From an uncultured virus (IMG/VR IMGVR_UViG_3300030372_002776) (Duplodnaviria; Heunggongvirae; Uroviricota; Caudoviricetes): DNA of 64,000 bases. The DNA lies in the IMG/VR virus record IMGVR_UViG_3300030372_002776; one strand, given 5' to 3'. This document shows positions 44,191 through 55,200 of the stretch, in pieces (positions within the stretch are counted from its first letter, which is position 1; every line of letters begins with the position of its first letter). The position numbers and the translations under genes were made by a program. The notes below the pieces were generated by a model that was given only the letters and a program-made list of their open reading frames with translations, ran no database searches and had not been told where the DNA came from.

Positions 44191-45129
44191 TACTTACCCT
44201 TCTTTTTCTTCTTAGACCAAGAAATTCTTTTTGGTCCTGTTTTAGTTTTGGCTTTTGAATTGCATTGAGCTTTGGTGGGTCTACAAGCTGGGTATGCTCT
44301 TTTGCTTTTACCCTTAGCTGATTTACGGCCACATGGTTTACCTGTTTTACAGTCAATCCATCCCTTGCCGTTGTTTCGTCCAAACCATTTTTTTAAGCCC
44401 TCGCTTTTTTTCTTAGCCATTACTTTTTACCTTTAGCGGGTTTCTTGTGACCGTACCCCTTGTTTTTTAATTCAAGGTGTTTTTTAAATGTGTTTGCCTT
44501 AACTTGTTTTCCTGCTTTAGAGTACATCATGTGAGGAGTAAATTTTTTAGTTGCTTTTTTAGCCATTACTTTTTCTTTCCTTTTTTCTTTCCACCAGTAC
44601 CCCAGTTCTTAGCTCCTACCTTACGGCATTTAACTAAAGCACCAGACGCATATGCAGAGGGCCATTTGGTATATCGTGATTTAACTTTTTTAGTACAAGC
44701 ATCATTTGCCTTTTTCTTTTTCTTAGCCATCAGCATTTCCACCTTTTTCTTGCTTGTCTTAAACGACTGTTTGGATCTTTAGCGGCTTTAGGAAATTTCT
44801 TCATTTGTCCAGCAGATCTAGCACAATAAGACTTTCTTCTTTTAGCTGCCTTGCTTCCTTTTTTAGGACTTCCTGTAACTGCGCCTTTTAGTTTACTACC
44901 GGGATTATCTCGTCTGTACTTGGCAATACCTTTCTTGGTCATGCCAGCACCTTTTTTCGTAGGTCTTTTATGACCACCTCCAATAGTATGACCCTTCATA
45001 CTACCTTTTTGCTTTTTTTTTGCCACTTGCTTTTCCTCCCGATTTCTTTTTAGATAAAGTTTTCATTGCGGAAGCTCCTGTTTTTCTAGTGGTCACTCCA
45101 CAAGCACATTTAAACTTTTTACTTGGCAT
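44190..45129 (-). CDS. Five coupled Lys-rich small proteins (44190-44420, 44420-44566, 44566-44730, 44730-45026, 45001-45129)
   Basis: Four start MAKK; TAATG/TGATG overlaps; motifs 'KRRKSYCARS', 'WPSAYASG', 'KPCGRK...YPACRP'. Confidence 0.7.
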
Positions 45130-45300
45130 TTTTATGCTCCACATCCCTAAGCCTTTTTTCGTGATCTTGTACAATATCTTTTAAAGAAGATAAGGTTACC
45201 GCAAGCTCTCCGAGTTCGCGTTGAATTTTCCAGAGATTTGCTACAATACCCAATCCTATGAGAATTTGTAAAAAAGCACCAAAATAGGCCGTTTCCATTT

Positions 45301-45513
45301 TTAATTTCCAAACTTAAAGGGGGCAGCTTCAGCAATTTTTTCTTCTACAGCCCTAAGATTTTCTTTAGAGATTATTCCGGCTTCTTCTTTGTTGTCGTTT
45401 ACAACTCCACGAACAACTTGGTAAAGACCGGGGGTACACTTTAGAGGATCTTCTAAGTCTCTAATAAGAGCCTCAAAAAGCATATCTTGAAGTTTTGATG
45501 GTTTATTATCCAT
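45301..45513 (-). CDS. Probable terminase small subunit, T7 gp18-like
   Basis: 70 aa 'LQDMLFEALIRDL...TPGLYQVVRGVVNDN'; size and pattern fit gp18. Confidence 0.5.
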   Translation of the reverse strand: MDNKPSKLQDMLFEALIRDLEDPLKCTPGLYQVVRGVVNDNKEEAGIISKENLRAVEEKIAEAAPFKFGN

Positions 45514-45793
45514 TAGTTTTTTCTTTCTCCATTAATTGATTGAGCATTGCTTGTCGTTTCTTACAAACATTGCAAGGTTTAACTTTCTTATAAGTAAAAA
45601 AGTCAATTGTCTTTTTAACCCAATCACCGAGTTTAATTTTTCTTTGGGACTTATTAATATAAACTTTTGTATTAACATTAACAGGGTCATCATAAAAAGA
45701 ATTAAGAGAATCATCATCATTAACGAGAGTCTTTACTCTTCTTTGCTTTCCTGTTTTTTTATCTATAAATACAAATACTCCTATTGCTTTCAT
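45506..45793 (-). CDS. Small Cys-motif protein after the tail genes
   Basis: 'LGDWVKKTI...KPCNVCKKRQAMLN'. Confidence 0.6.
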   Translation of the reverse strand: MKAIGVFVFIDKKTGKQRRVKTLVNDDDSLNSFYDDPVNVNTKVYINKSQRKIKLGDWVKKTIDFFTYKKVKPCNVCKKRQAMLNQLMEKEKTNG

Positions 45794-45804
45794 AATTTTT
45801 CCTT

Positions 45805-48800
45805 TTAATCACTAACTACTGTTAAGCTAGAATTACTAGTATAATCAAAATAATTAAGTTGAGAAAAGCTCCCTAACCAAATTGTTTGACCATTTCCTGA
45901 TGATCTATAATCTCTATCGGAACAACCCATATCAACTAAAGATGAAACGTGGATAAGACCATGAGTAGTGGAAAAATTACTACCAAGAGGAGAAGTAGCA
46001 GAATCTACTTTTTTACCAAAAAATCTAGTAGTATATTCTTTTGATGAATCGCCTTGAATTACGCTTTGACAGAATCCACATTCTCCTGCTGTTCCTCCTG
46101 TGGGGAAAGAACCATCAGGATCATATTGAATTTGAGTGTAGAGATATGGATTTGGGTTTTTAATAAATCTTAGATCACAATTTTGATTTGATGCATTTAC
46201 TTGATTAGAAGCATCGTGATTAGGAGGATAAAAAAGTCTTCGTGATCTTGCTGATGATCCAAAGTTAGATCCTTTAATTTCTTCAACTGCTCCAGTTGGG
46301 GAAGCATCTGTATTTCTAGGAGCTTGTTCCCACCCATCTCTTCCAGATAATCCTGATGGAGTAAGCACGAAACTGCTTCTAATACGAGGAGGAGAAACAC
46401 CAGATCTAATTTCAAATCTATCTAATACATTTGACCAGTTTGCATCATTAGGAAGTACTTCAGGACCCCAATATCTTCCATTTACAGAACATCCGGCTCT
46501 ATTTCCACAACAGATAACTGGGCCAGCGCATGTTGTACCGTCTCCTCCACCAAATCCTTGACGAGGGCAAACTATATCATCACCCAGATCATTAAATGAT
46601 TCACAAAGACAACAAACTTCCCAAGCTACCTCTGCACCAAAATCCCCCCAATTGTCGCCTTGACCGCTATACTGTGTGCTATTCCAAGTATCAATAATAT
46701 CTTGATTTTGATAGTCCCCTGATTCCATCATCTTAATTACAACGGCTTCTTTGCAGCTTATTAAAGAGGCTTCAGGTATATCATAGATAAAGCTGGGTTG
46801 GCTGTTTTGTAAACCTAATCTTTTTGTTGTAATATTTCCGGGCCATTCTGAAGGATCTCCGCTTTTAGAATTTACATATAAACATTCAAAATTATTAGAT
46901 CCATCACAGCAAGCACCAAATGCGTTATCATTTACTCCGCCGGGACCGCCGCCGTCATCATTAGTGCAGTTTGCTCCTCCTGAGGAGCAATCTTCTTTTC
47001 CACATTCACAAGTACCTTGATCAACACCATTGCCGTCATTATTATAAGAAGTACAAAGAGAATTTAAAGGGAAAAATTGACTTGCATTAGCTAATTTAGC
47101 TTCAGCGCATTCACAAATTTTGAATAAGGTTTTATTTCTAAAGCCAGAAAAAATTCCTTCGGTACACTCTCTCCATTCCATGCTTCCTTGTAATATAGAA
47201 GAAGCACCTCCTAAACAACTTAATGGTCTCTTAGTGATAGCATCAGTATTTCCAAGAGAATCAGCAAAAGCATTTACTCCGGGCTGTGCATAACTTCTAT
47301 AAAATCCTTCCCACCATTGAAGATATCTAGGAGGAATTCGATTAGATGTATTTTGTCTATGAGCAGTATGAACTGACTCAGGAATAGGCATAGATATACC
47401 AAATACGCATCTATTTTGTGCCGAATCTGTGTTTAAGTTATTGCCTCCGCCTCCTGAGTCATCAGAACATTTATCAGCTTCTTCTATTCTAAATAAATAA
47501 AGACCAGCAGGAATTACATAAGTAGAACATTCATATCTAAACCTGTTAAAGTTTTCTCCATTAAGTTCTTCTCTTGTTCCGTTTCCTGTTCCAGAAGCCT
47601 TAAGAAATTGTTTTCCTGTTTTTGTGTCTTTAGCTGTATGTTTAATTCCAATAGTAAAGGTAGGCATAAAAGTATGCCCTCCAAAGTTTTGTCCTCTGCC
47701 TCCATCTTCAATATCAGTTGAAAAATTATATTTTCCATTAGAAGAATAAACATCGAATTTAGCTTCTATTTTTCCTGAAGCAGCATTAGCAGTATAATTG
47801 TAATGAACAGGAGCATAACTAGGAATTCCTAGTCCAGTATACGCTGTTCTTCCATAAAATCTATTTTGAGAATCTACAGGATCTAAAGAAGAAGGCCGAT
47901 CAAGGCCATCTTGTACTTCTGAGGCTGTGCAAGCCAGTGTTTTACCGCTTTCATTATTTAGAACAACTTCGGTATTTGCGTCATCGTTAGAATCGGTTAA
48001 ATCCGCAAAACTAAGTCCTCCAAAAGTACTTTGTTCATAATCTCCTTGATATATAGATACATTTGCTCCTACATCTTCTTTGCATTGTATTTGAGTTCCT
48101 ACTTGAATACTTCCTCCTAAACCATATTGATATCCTCCATATACATAATATGAGCCATTTGAGTTCTCATACGGTCTTGGAATATAAGGAGTAGTAGAAG
48201 AGTTGTTTTCAGGAGTTATCATACATGCACTAGCTCTGTGATTGTTTTGTTTTGCGTGTTCGGCCACATCAATCACATTGCCAGTGTTACTAAATTTATT
48301 TTTTTTAAAAAGCTCTTCAATAGTAGAGTCTCCGTTTCTACTTCCCTCGCCTGTTCCTCCTACAACGTCATTACTATCTTCTAAATACCTTCTATCTAAT
48401 AGAATCGATGCATTGGCGGTATTTTCTTGAGTATCTTCTAAGAAAACAGCGGGATCTGTAACCCAGTGAATTACTCCTCCTTGATTATCTTGAATAGAAC
48501 TAAGTTCATAATGGGAAACATAATTTTCTGTATCATTTGGATTAATACTTAGTCTTGTTCCTACTCCATTATTTTCTTTTGGACATTCAAAAGCATAATC
48601 TTTATTTCTATTTACAGTGCCAAAAGAAAGAGGGAGTGCATCTACTAAGTTACAGCTTGCTTTTGTATTTCTAATATAAGTAAATACTAAACGAAGTTTG
48701 TCAGAGGCATCTTCTTCTCCGCTAAGACCAACTTCTTCTGGTGCGCCCCAAGGTGGTCCGCTTATTCCCTCAGCAACTGTTGTTTTTGCTATTTTTTGTC

Positions 48801-50757
48801 CAGAATCGTCCCAATTAGAAAAAACTTCTGCGCTGCTTAAACAATCTTCAAATCTTGAATCAGAAACAGCAGCATTTGCCCAAGGATTATCTGCGTCTGT
48901 AAGATCAAACTCTCTTACAATAGTAATTGTTTCAGGGAGATACTCACTTGTTTTACAGAAGTCTGAATAATCTTCTAGTTTAAGCTCTGCCCCTTGACTT
49001 CCTGTTGCTGCATTGGTTCTTGTACAAGGATTTCCTCCTTGCCACTTTGTATTATCTGTAGTATTTCCTGTATTTAAACCACTAAGAATAGTTCCGGTTC
49101 CAAGTTGCGCGGTATTTGCGTTACTTGCAGAAGCGTTATAACAAGATGAACCATTTGCTTCTGCAATGGCAGATTCTGTTCCGTAATACACAGTAGAGCC
49201 GTGAGGATTCATTCTAAAATGAATTTCATCAACATGACCTAGTTTAAGTTCTTTGATAGCTCCTTGAGTCCCTGTATAGGAACTACCAACTGTTGGAGGG
49301 AACTGAGAAAAGCCAATAACCTTAAAAGCTCTGTATACTGCTCTATTTGTATTATAGGCACCATCAATTGCGGGATCAATCTTCATGACAACAAAGGTTC
49401 CCTTGTTGTCTCCGGTCTGTGTCATATTATCTGACTTGTTTGTACCGCCTACAAAGGAAGCTAGGGGATCTACGTCACACGCAGTTTTAAAAGCTGCGTT
49501 AGCAGTAGAGGTATTGTTTTCTGCCTCTCCGGGCGTTGTCTTAGTAATATAGACCCCTTCGCCATGAAGCTCCACCATAACCTTGTCAAGCCCGTGTCCG
49601 TTTGCGCTTTCTACAATTGTTTTAAAATTAATTGCAGTTTGTGGAGCAGAAGTTACTCCTAAGAACTCTTGGTTTGCGGCATTGGGAGAACCTGTGTTTT
49701 TTAGTTTATAGGTTTTTGTTTCACCGCCTGCTGTAATTGTAAACTCCCCAGTATTAGTTCCATTAAATCCGCTTCCAAACTTAAAGTAGTTACTCGCTCT
49801 ATTAGCACCACTACAGAAGTTTAAAGGAACCCTGCTTTCTGATCCACCATATTGTTGATTAAAGTTTTGTTTACTTGTACTATCAGAAGCAAAAGTAATC
49901 TTGCCTGCTGTTAGTAGAGTTGAGTTAGGTACTTCTCTTGTAGTGCCGTCACCGGGGGCTGCAAGTGCATGGGAGGGTGTATTATAATCAGTACCTGTTT
50001 GAGCAGCATTTGGATTAATATAATGGGGGTGATTACTATCTCTAACTTCTTCTAACAAGGGAGTATAGTCTAAGTAAAAATAGGTATTTCCCATATCGTC
50101 TGGAATGCCGTCTTGTACTGTAGCAGATGATTCATCGTATGATTTGTAATCAAAGTTTTCTTCATCTTCTCTAGTTCTTCCTGTTGGGCAGGTATCGTGA
50201 GTTGTTGTATAAGGATTTCCTGCTGGTGTATCTTGTTCAATTTCACATGTAGGCCATGCAAATCTTTCAAAAATATTGCTATCTGAGTGATCATCTTGAT
50301 TAAATTGAAAATAATCGTTGCAATCACATTGAGCTAAAATAGCATATAATCTACCATACCTTTGACCGCCTCCGGCATCATCTTTAGTATTTTTATGAGT
50401 AATATGATATCTTAAACAATCTTCGCAGTTTGCTAAGTTTACAGTTCCGCTCTTAGAGTCGTTTACAAAATTAAGTTGACTGATATTAGTACTATAACTT
50501 AATCCTCCAGTAGGAACTTCATCAGCAGTTCTTGCACCCGAAGCAGTCATCTGATCAGTAATAACAGGGCCATAGCAGCAATTTTGGTTATCTCTAAAAT
50601 AATGACCTGTAGTATATGCTCCGGCATTTCCATATAAGTTTTCTGGAACCCAAAGACCATGTGAATCATTTAAACTGTTTCCGATACGAGAAATGGTTTC
50701 GGAAACTTCTGCTTTGTTGAATTTTGTACAACAACAGTTTCTGTTATTACTCGGCAT
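45805..50757 (-). CDS. Large Cys/Gly/Asn-rich putative tail or receptor-binding protein
   Basis: 1650 aa; N-terminal CCC, many Cys, 'GACC'; follows the tail fibre gene. Confidence 0.6.
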   Translation of the reverse strand: MPSNNRNCCCTKFNKAEVSETISRIGNSLNDSHGLWVPENLYGNAGAYTTGHYFRDNQNCCYGPVITDQMTASGARTADEVPTGGLSYSTNISQLNFVNDSKSGTVNLANCEDCLRYHITHKNTKDDAGGGQRYGRLYAILAQCDCNDYFQFNQDDHSDSNIFERFAWPTCEIEQDTPAGNPYTTTHDTCPTGRTREDEENFDYKSYDESSATVQDGIPDDMGNTYFYLDYTPLLEEVRDSNHPHYINPNAAQTGTDYNTPSHALAAPGDGTTREVPNSTLLTAGKITFASDSTSKQNFNQQYGGSESRVPLNFCSGANRASNYFKFGSGFNGTNTGEFTITAGGETKTYKLKNTGSPNAANQEFLGVTSAPQTAINFKTIVESANGHGLDKVMVELHGEGVYITKTTPGEAENNTSTANAAFKTACDVDPLASFVGGTNKSDNMTQTGDNKGTFVVMKIDPAIDGAYNTNRAVYRAFKVIGFSQFPPTVGSSYTGTQGAIKELKLGHVDEIHFRMNPHGSTVYYGTESAIAEANGSSCYNASASNANTAQLGTGTILSGLNTGNTTDNTKWQGGNPCTRTNAATGSQGAELKLEDYSDFCKTSEYLPETITIVREFDLTDADNPWANAAVSDSRFEDCLSSAEVFSNWDDSGQKIAKTTVAEGISGPPWGAPEEVGLSGEEDASDKLRLVFTYIRNTKASCNLVDALPLSFGTVNRNKDYAFECPKENNGVGTRLSINPNDTENYVSHYELSSIQDNQGGVIHWVTDPAVFLEDTQENTANASILLDRRYLEDSNDVVGGTGEGSRNGDSTIEELFKKNKFSNTGNVIDVAEHAKQNNHRASACMITPENNSSTTPYIPRPYENSNGSYYVYGGYQYGLGGSIQVGTQIQCKEDVGANVSIYQGDYEQSTFGGLSFADLTDSNDDANTEVVLNNESGKTLACTASEVQDGLDRPSSLDPVDSQNRFYGRTAYTGLGIPSYAPVHYNYTANAASGKIEAKFDVYSSNGKYNFSTDIEDGGRGQNFGGHTFMPTFTIGIKHTAKDTKTGKQFLKASGTGNGTREELNGENFNRFRYECSTYVIPAGLYLFRIEEADKCSDDSGGGGNNLNTDSAQNRCVFGISMPIPESVHTAHRQNTSNRIPPRYLQWWEGFYRSYAQPGVNAFADSLGNTDAITKRPLSCLGGASSILQGSMEWRECTEGIFSGFRNKTLFKICECAEAKLANASQFFPLNSLCTSYNNDGNGVDQGTCECGKEDCSSGGANCTNDDGGGPGGVNDNAFGACCDGSNNFECLYVNSKSGDPSEWPGNITTKRLGLQNSQPSFIYDIPEASLISCKEAVVIKMMESGDYQNQDIIDTWNSTQYSGQGDNWGDFGAEVAWEVCCLCESFNDLGDDIVCPRQGFGGGDGTTCAGPVICCGNRAGCSVNGRYWGPEVLPNDANWSNVLDRFEIRSGVSPPRIRSSFVLTPSGLSGRDGWEQAPRNTDASPTGAVEEIKGSNFGSSARSRRLFYPPNHDASNQVNASNQNCDLRFIKNPNPYLYTQIQYDPDGSFPTGGTAGECGFCQSVIQGDSSKEYTTRFFGKKVDSATSPLGSNFSTTHGLIHVSSLVDMGCSDRDYRSSGNGQTIWLGSFSQLNYFDYTSNSSLTVVSD

Positions 50758-50770
50758 TTATATTTATTCC

Positions 50771-52282
50771 TTATCCACATAAGCCTTGTGAGACGTTTGG
50801 CATACTAAAGTAGTAAAATGGGGGAGACGGAGTATACATTGATCCGTCTGTTTCTTTTCCAATCGAGGGGGAAGAGTTCGCTGGTACACTTCCTTGGAAG
50901 TTTGTTCCTGCACCTCTGCCGCCGGGAGGAAAGAGGCCAGAATAATTATCTTCTCCAGATACGCTTGCGGTCCATCTTTCATGCATAACAACAATTGTTC
51001 CGGGCATAATAGGCTCAACAGTATAGTTTTGAGGAAATTGTCTTTTTGCATATAGTTTACTAGTAGTGGTTGTAGATGAGGTCAATTTAGACGTAATTTC
51101 TTTAACATGAGCGGTGTCGTGTCCTGCGGTATCGTTATTAGAATCAGTTAAAGACATACCTGCGCCCATTACACCATAGCCATCAGTTGCTGCCCCAGAG
51201 GTATCCGAAGACACATAGAAGTTTGACATCTCTGCTGTATTTAATGCATAGAAATATCCGTTATTGGTTCCTCCGGTTGTTGGATCAACGCTCTTCCATG
51301 TTCTTGCTTGTGTTGAATTAATTGCAGGCGTTTGTGTAGTAGCCCCGTATTGCATAAATAGACCATCAAGAGTTGGTAATGATCCATCCCAATTTCCGCC
51401 TGAAAGTTTAGGATCATATTCACCAGAAACAATACTCATTGATATTCCAGTAACATTGCCATCCGTTGGATTAGTCACAGTTAATCCAGCAGATTTATAG
51501 AGGGAATCAGAGATATTAATATTTTCTGGAACATCTCTTGTAAGAATAATACTATTTGTACTTAACTCTTTTGTAGCGGTATGAAACCTAATTGTTGATG
51601 TATTATTTGTAATAGTACCGAGACCAGTAGCGGTAGTACTAGACTGAGTAATATTATTCCAAGCACTTTCCCAGTTAGTTAAAAATTGAGCAATTGTATC
51701 AGAATTGACGGTTCCGGTTAAATCGTGATCTAATTTTAAACTAAACTCCGCTAGACTTGTGGTATATGATGGGTCTGCAAGAGCAACGGCTTGGTTTGAT
51801 CCTGCGTTTGTTCCATACAGAGTTACGGGAAGTTTAAAGGTAGTAGTAACATCATTAGTTCCCCAAGTGTTATTAGCAAAGGTAAAGGTAAGTTTTACTT
51901 GGTGAGCAATTGGAGTTCTGATTGCAACTTCTTCCCATTCATACATCCATCTGTTTTCATTGGTTGACGAATCAGCAGCATCATACGCAGGTCCTGCTGC
52001 TGCGTTTCTTGTACCCATAGCAGTATGCCCAGTAATTCGTGCAAGAAATACCTGTCTGTCTAGCTGTTCTCTGATTAGATCAATAGTAGCCGCTCTAGAG
52101 ATAAACCTTTCTCCTACAGCACTATCTCCATAGTGTACATAAAGTTCTGCGGGATTTGCGGTTTTGTCTGCGGATTGTACGGGATCATCTGGTAATGATA
52201 CTGTAACTTCTCCATGTGCGCCCGTAGTAAACACGGCATGTTCTGCTGCCGTTCCTCTTCGACGCTTAACTTGCTTAGCCAT
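50771..52282 (-). CDS. Tail fibre-like protein with Mtd_N-type N-terminus
   Basis: 'QVKRRRGTAAEHAVFTTGAHGEVTV' followed by a Thr/Ser-rich beta region. Confidence 0.7.
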   Translation of the reverse strand: MAKQVKRRRGTAAEHAVFTTGAHGEVTVSLPDDPVQSADKTANPAELYVHYGDSAVGERFISRAATIDLIREQLDRQVFLARITGHTAMGTRNAAAGPAYDAADSSTNENRWMYEWEEVAIRTPIAHQVKLTFTFANNTWGTNDVTTTFKLPVTLYGTNAGSNQAVALADPSYTTSLAEFSLKLDHDLTGTVNSDTIAQFLTNWESAWNNITQSSTTATGLGTITNNTSTIRFHTATKELSTNSIILTRDVPENINISDSLYKSAGLTVTNPTDGNVTGISMSIVSGEYDPKLSGGNWDGSLPTLDGLFMQYGATTQTPAINSTQARTWKSVDPTTGGTNNGYFYALNTAEMSNFYVSSDTSGAATDGYGVMGAGMSLTDSNNDTAGHDTAHVKEITSKLTSSTTTTSKLYAKRQFPQNYTVEPIMPGTIVVMHERWTASVSGEDNYSGLFPPGGRGAGTNFQGSVPANSSPSIGKETDGSMYTPSPPFYYFSMPNVSQGLCG

Positions 52283-52292
52283 GTCTTACTCC

Positions 52293-55200
52293 TTAGTTTC
52301 TAATAGATGACATTCGTGGTGAGAATATTCCACGGAATTCTATGTTAGCAATATTTACTGGTTCGTGATAGCTGCTGACAAATGATATTTCAGCATTATG
52401 AGCAAAGCTCATTACTTTAGCCATAAACTCCCCGTTTTCTTGTACACCAAGATGGGAAGAAGTAAAGGATTCAGAGTTTATCCTTTGTTTATAGAAAGGA
52501 TCTGTAATAACAATATCTGTATTATTATTATACTGTTTTCTTTTTACTTCAAAGTTAAATTTTCCTGTTTTATAAAACTTCATAGAAATATTTTTGATAT
52601 TTAAGACACCATCTAATGCATTATTGGTTTGATCTCTGAATACTAATTCGGATAAGGTAGCTCTCATTGTAAAGGAAGTACCAAACCAGTTTTCTGTTTT
52701 CTTTGCTTCATTGTCTAAGAAGTTAAATAAAAGACCATATTCTAAAAATTCTTGTATATACCTATCTGCATTTCTTCCAAAATCTTCAAAAGAACTAGCA
52801 GTTATTTCTATTTGTCCATAATCTTCTGTTGAGGTTACATTAGAAGATCTTTGATCTCCACTTACTGTAACCTGTGTTTTTTTGCCATTATTCGAAATAG
52901 AAGAAACAATAGTTAATTCTTCTCCAATATCGGTTTGATTAAGTCCTACAATAGCTTTATCTAATTTAGAATTATGAACAGGAAGAGTAAAAGTTGTATT
53001 GCCTGAAGAAGAACTGTATACAGTATTGAAATTTATATTTGTAATAATGCTTTTTACTTTAAAGTTTGGAGCAACAGTAGTTCCCGGTAGGTTTTTAAAA
53101 TCAACTCGATTTCCTACTTCAAAACCTTTACCGTGTTTTAATATTTCCCACTGAACAGGAACACCGTATACACTATAAACATCCCCTATGTTTTTATCTT
53201 CGTGTTTTGTAATTCGTATACTAAGTCCTGTTCCACTTCCAGAAGTAGTATTTTGTTCTAAAACGTCTCCCTTTCTATATCCTTGAGGAACTTTATAGTT
53301 TACAGACTCTGGTCTAACTGCAAAAGTTCCGTTCTTTGAGGTATTGATAGTGGGATTAGATCCGGGGTCTGGAGCAACATCAGGAAGTCCTGAAATAGAC
53401 GCAGAAGTAAGAACATTAGTATTAGTTGGTTTTCGATACAAGTTTGACAATTGACTATCAGCGGTTAAAATACCTTCGACGCTATCATCAGCTATTCCTA
53501 AATCACTTGGAAGTAAATACCCAGATCCTCCTGATTGAAGCGCAACGGATTTTATTTTTCCTATTGTCTCTACTTCAGTAACTTGAAGAATTAATCCAGA
53601 TCCGGGGTTTGTATTAATATTTCCGCCAGCAGAACCCGGAATAACTTTGTTTTCAAATGTTAAAGTATCTCCTACCTGATAGCCTGAAGTATTGTTACTT
53701 TTTATCGTAAAAGTAAGAATTTTACCCCAATCGCTTTCTATTTCTTTTACTTTTAATAAGTCTTCAAAAAGACTCATAGAAACTCTTCTATCAATTCTAG
53801 GATATGTTTCATCTTCAGTGACTACCGAAGTTTTTTGAATAAAGAATTGGCTTGATTCTTCTCCGCTAGGTTTTTTATACGGCCTTAAAACAACCGAATA
53901 TAAAACATCGTCAATAAAGTTTATACTTTTAATTCTATCTGTTGTATCGGTTGTCCACTTATGAAGTGAGTTTTGAATAATTTTATCGCCCGAAAATCTA
54001 CTTGTATAAAAATACAACACATTTTGATTTTCTCTATCAACTAAAGTAATTAAGCTTTTAATAGCAGAAGTAGCGATGTCTTGGAATGTTTTAGGGAGAT
54101 ATCCTTCAGCTTGGAAAGTTACTTCTGCTGCATTTGCAACATTTGATGATCCTGATCCGTAATATAAATAAATTTTCTGAGGAGCAAAGAAATAAACTTG
54201 AGATCCTAATAATTGAGGTTGAGTTACTGGATCAGTAGAATAAAATGCAGTTGCTTGTAGTTCTGCTGTTAGTGGAGTAATTTGATTCTCAGAACCAAGT
54301 AGTTCAAATTGAATATCGTTTAAGGTTGAAACAAACATATAGCTTTCAAAAGGAACTAAATGGCTAATTGTAACAAGATCTCCTCTTCCTGTTCTAACAT
54401 CAACAGGATCAGTATCAACAATATTATCAGGATCATCGATCCACAGATTAAAGAAGTCTCCTACTTTAGAACAGAAAACATTGTCTTCTGCACACATCCA
54501 AAATCTATCTCTCCAAAAAGTAACGTCGTTTATTTTCTTTCTAACCCTTTCGTTATTTGCTCCTATAAAAGCGGATGGTCCGGGGTTTGTAGAAAGCGTT
54601 CCAGTTAATCTATCTTTAAACGGAGCTTTTAAAAATCTCCAAGTATTTTCTGAAGTTACAAAGTCAAAAAGCAATGGCATTGTTCGTGTATCAAAAGAAC
54701 CATAAGGGGACTCTGCTCTTACTTGTTCATAAAAAGGAGATCCTCTATCTTCAAACGAAACAGTTCTAAAGAATGCCGAAGGTTTAGTAAGATAAGATTC
54801 TCTTGTTACAAATACCTTGCCTCTTCCGTCTGCATCTCCTACTGTATCTTCAGCATACAAAAAGGATAAGCTTTCTTCTGCTCCGTTTAAGTCTGTAAAA
54901 TCATCATCGTTTGTTGGAGGAATAGGAATTAATGAAAAGTTTTGTATTGATTGACCAATATCAAGTGCGGTAGAAGTAGATAAAACAATGTTATCACCAA
55001 TAGGTTGATGCTTTGATCTGTTGTATTTAATTTTAAGATCTTCTGTAAAATTTAAATCCATTTCTTTATTGACATAAAGACTATCTTGACTTGCTGCCGC
55101 AAAGAAATTAACATCAGTAATATATGGTACTTTTGGAATGTCTAAAATAGCTCCTGTGCTTCCTTTAATTTGTTTAAGTACAACAGAGTTACTGTCATTA

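Noticed and set aside
50771..52282. Diversity-generating retroelement suggested by the Mtd_N-like N-terminus
   Set aside because: No reverse transcriptase and no template/variable repeat pair seen in the window
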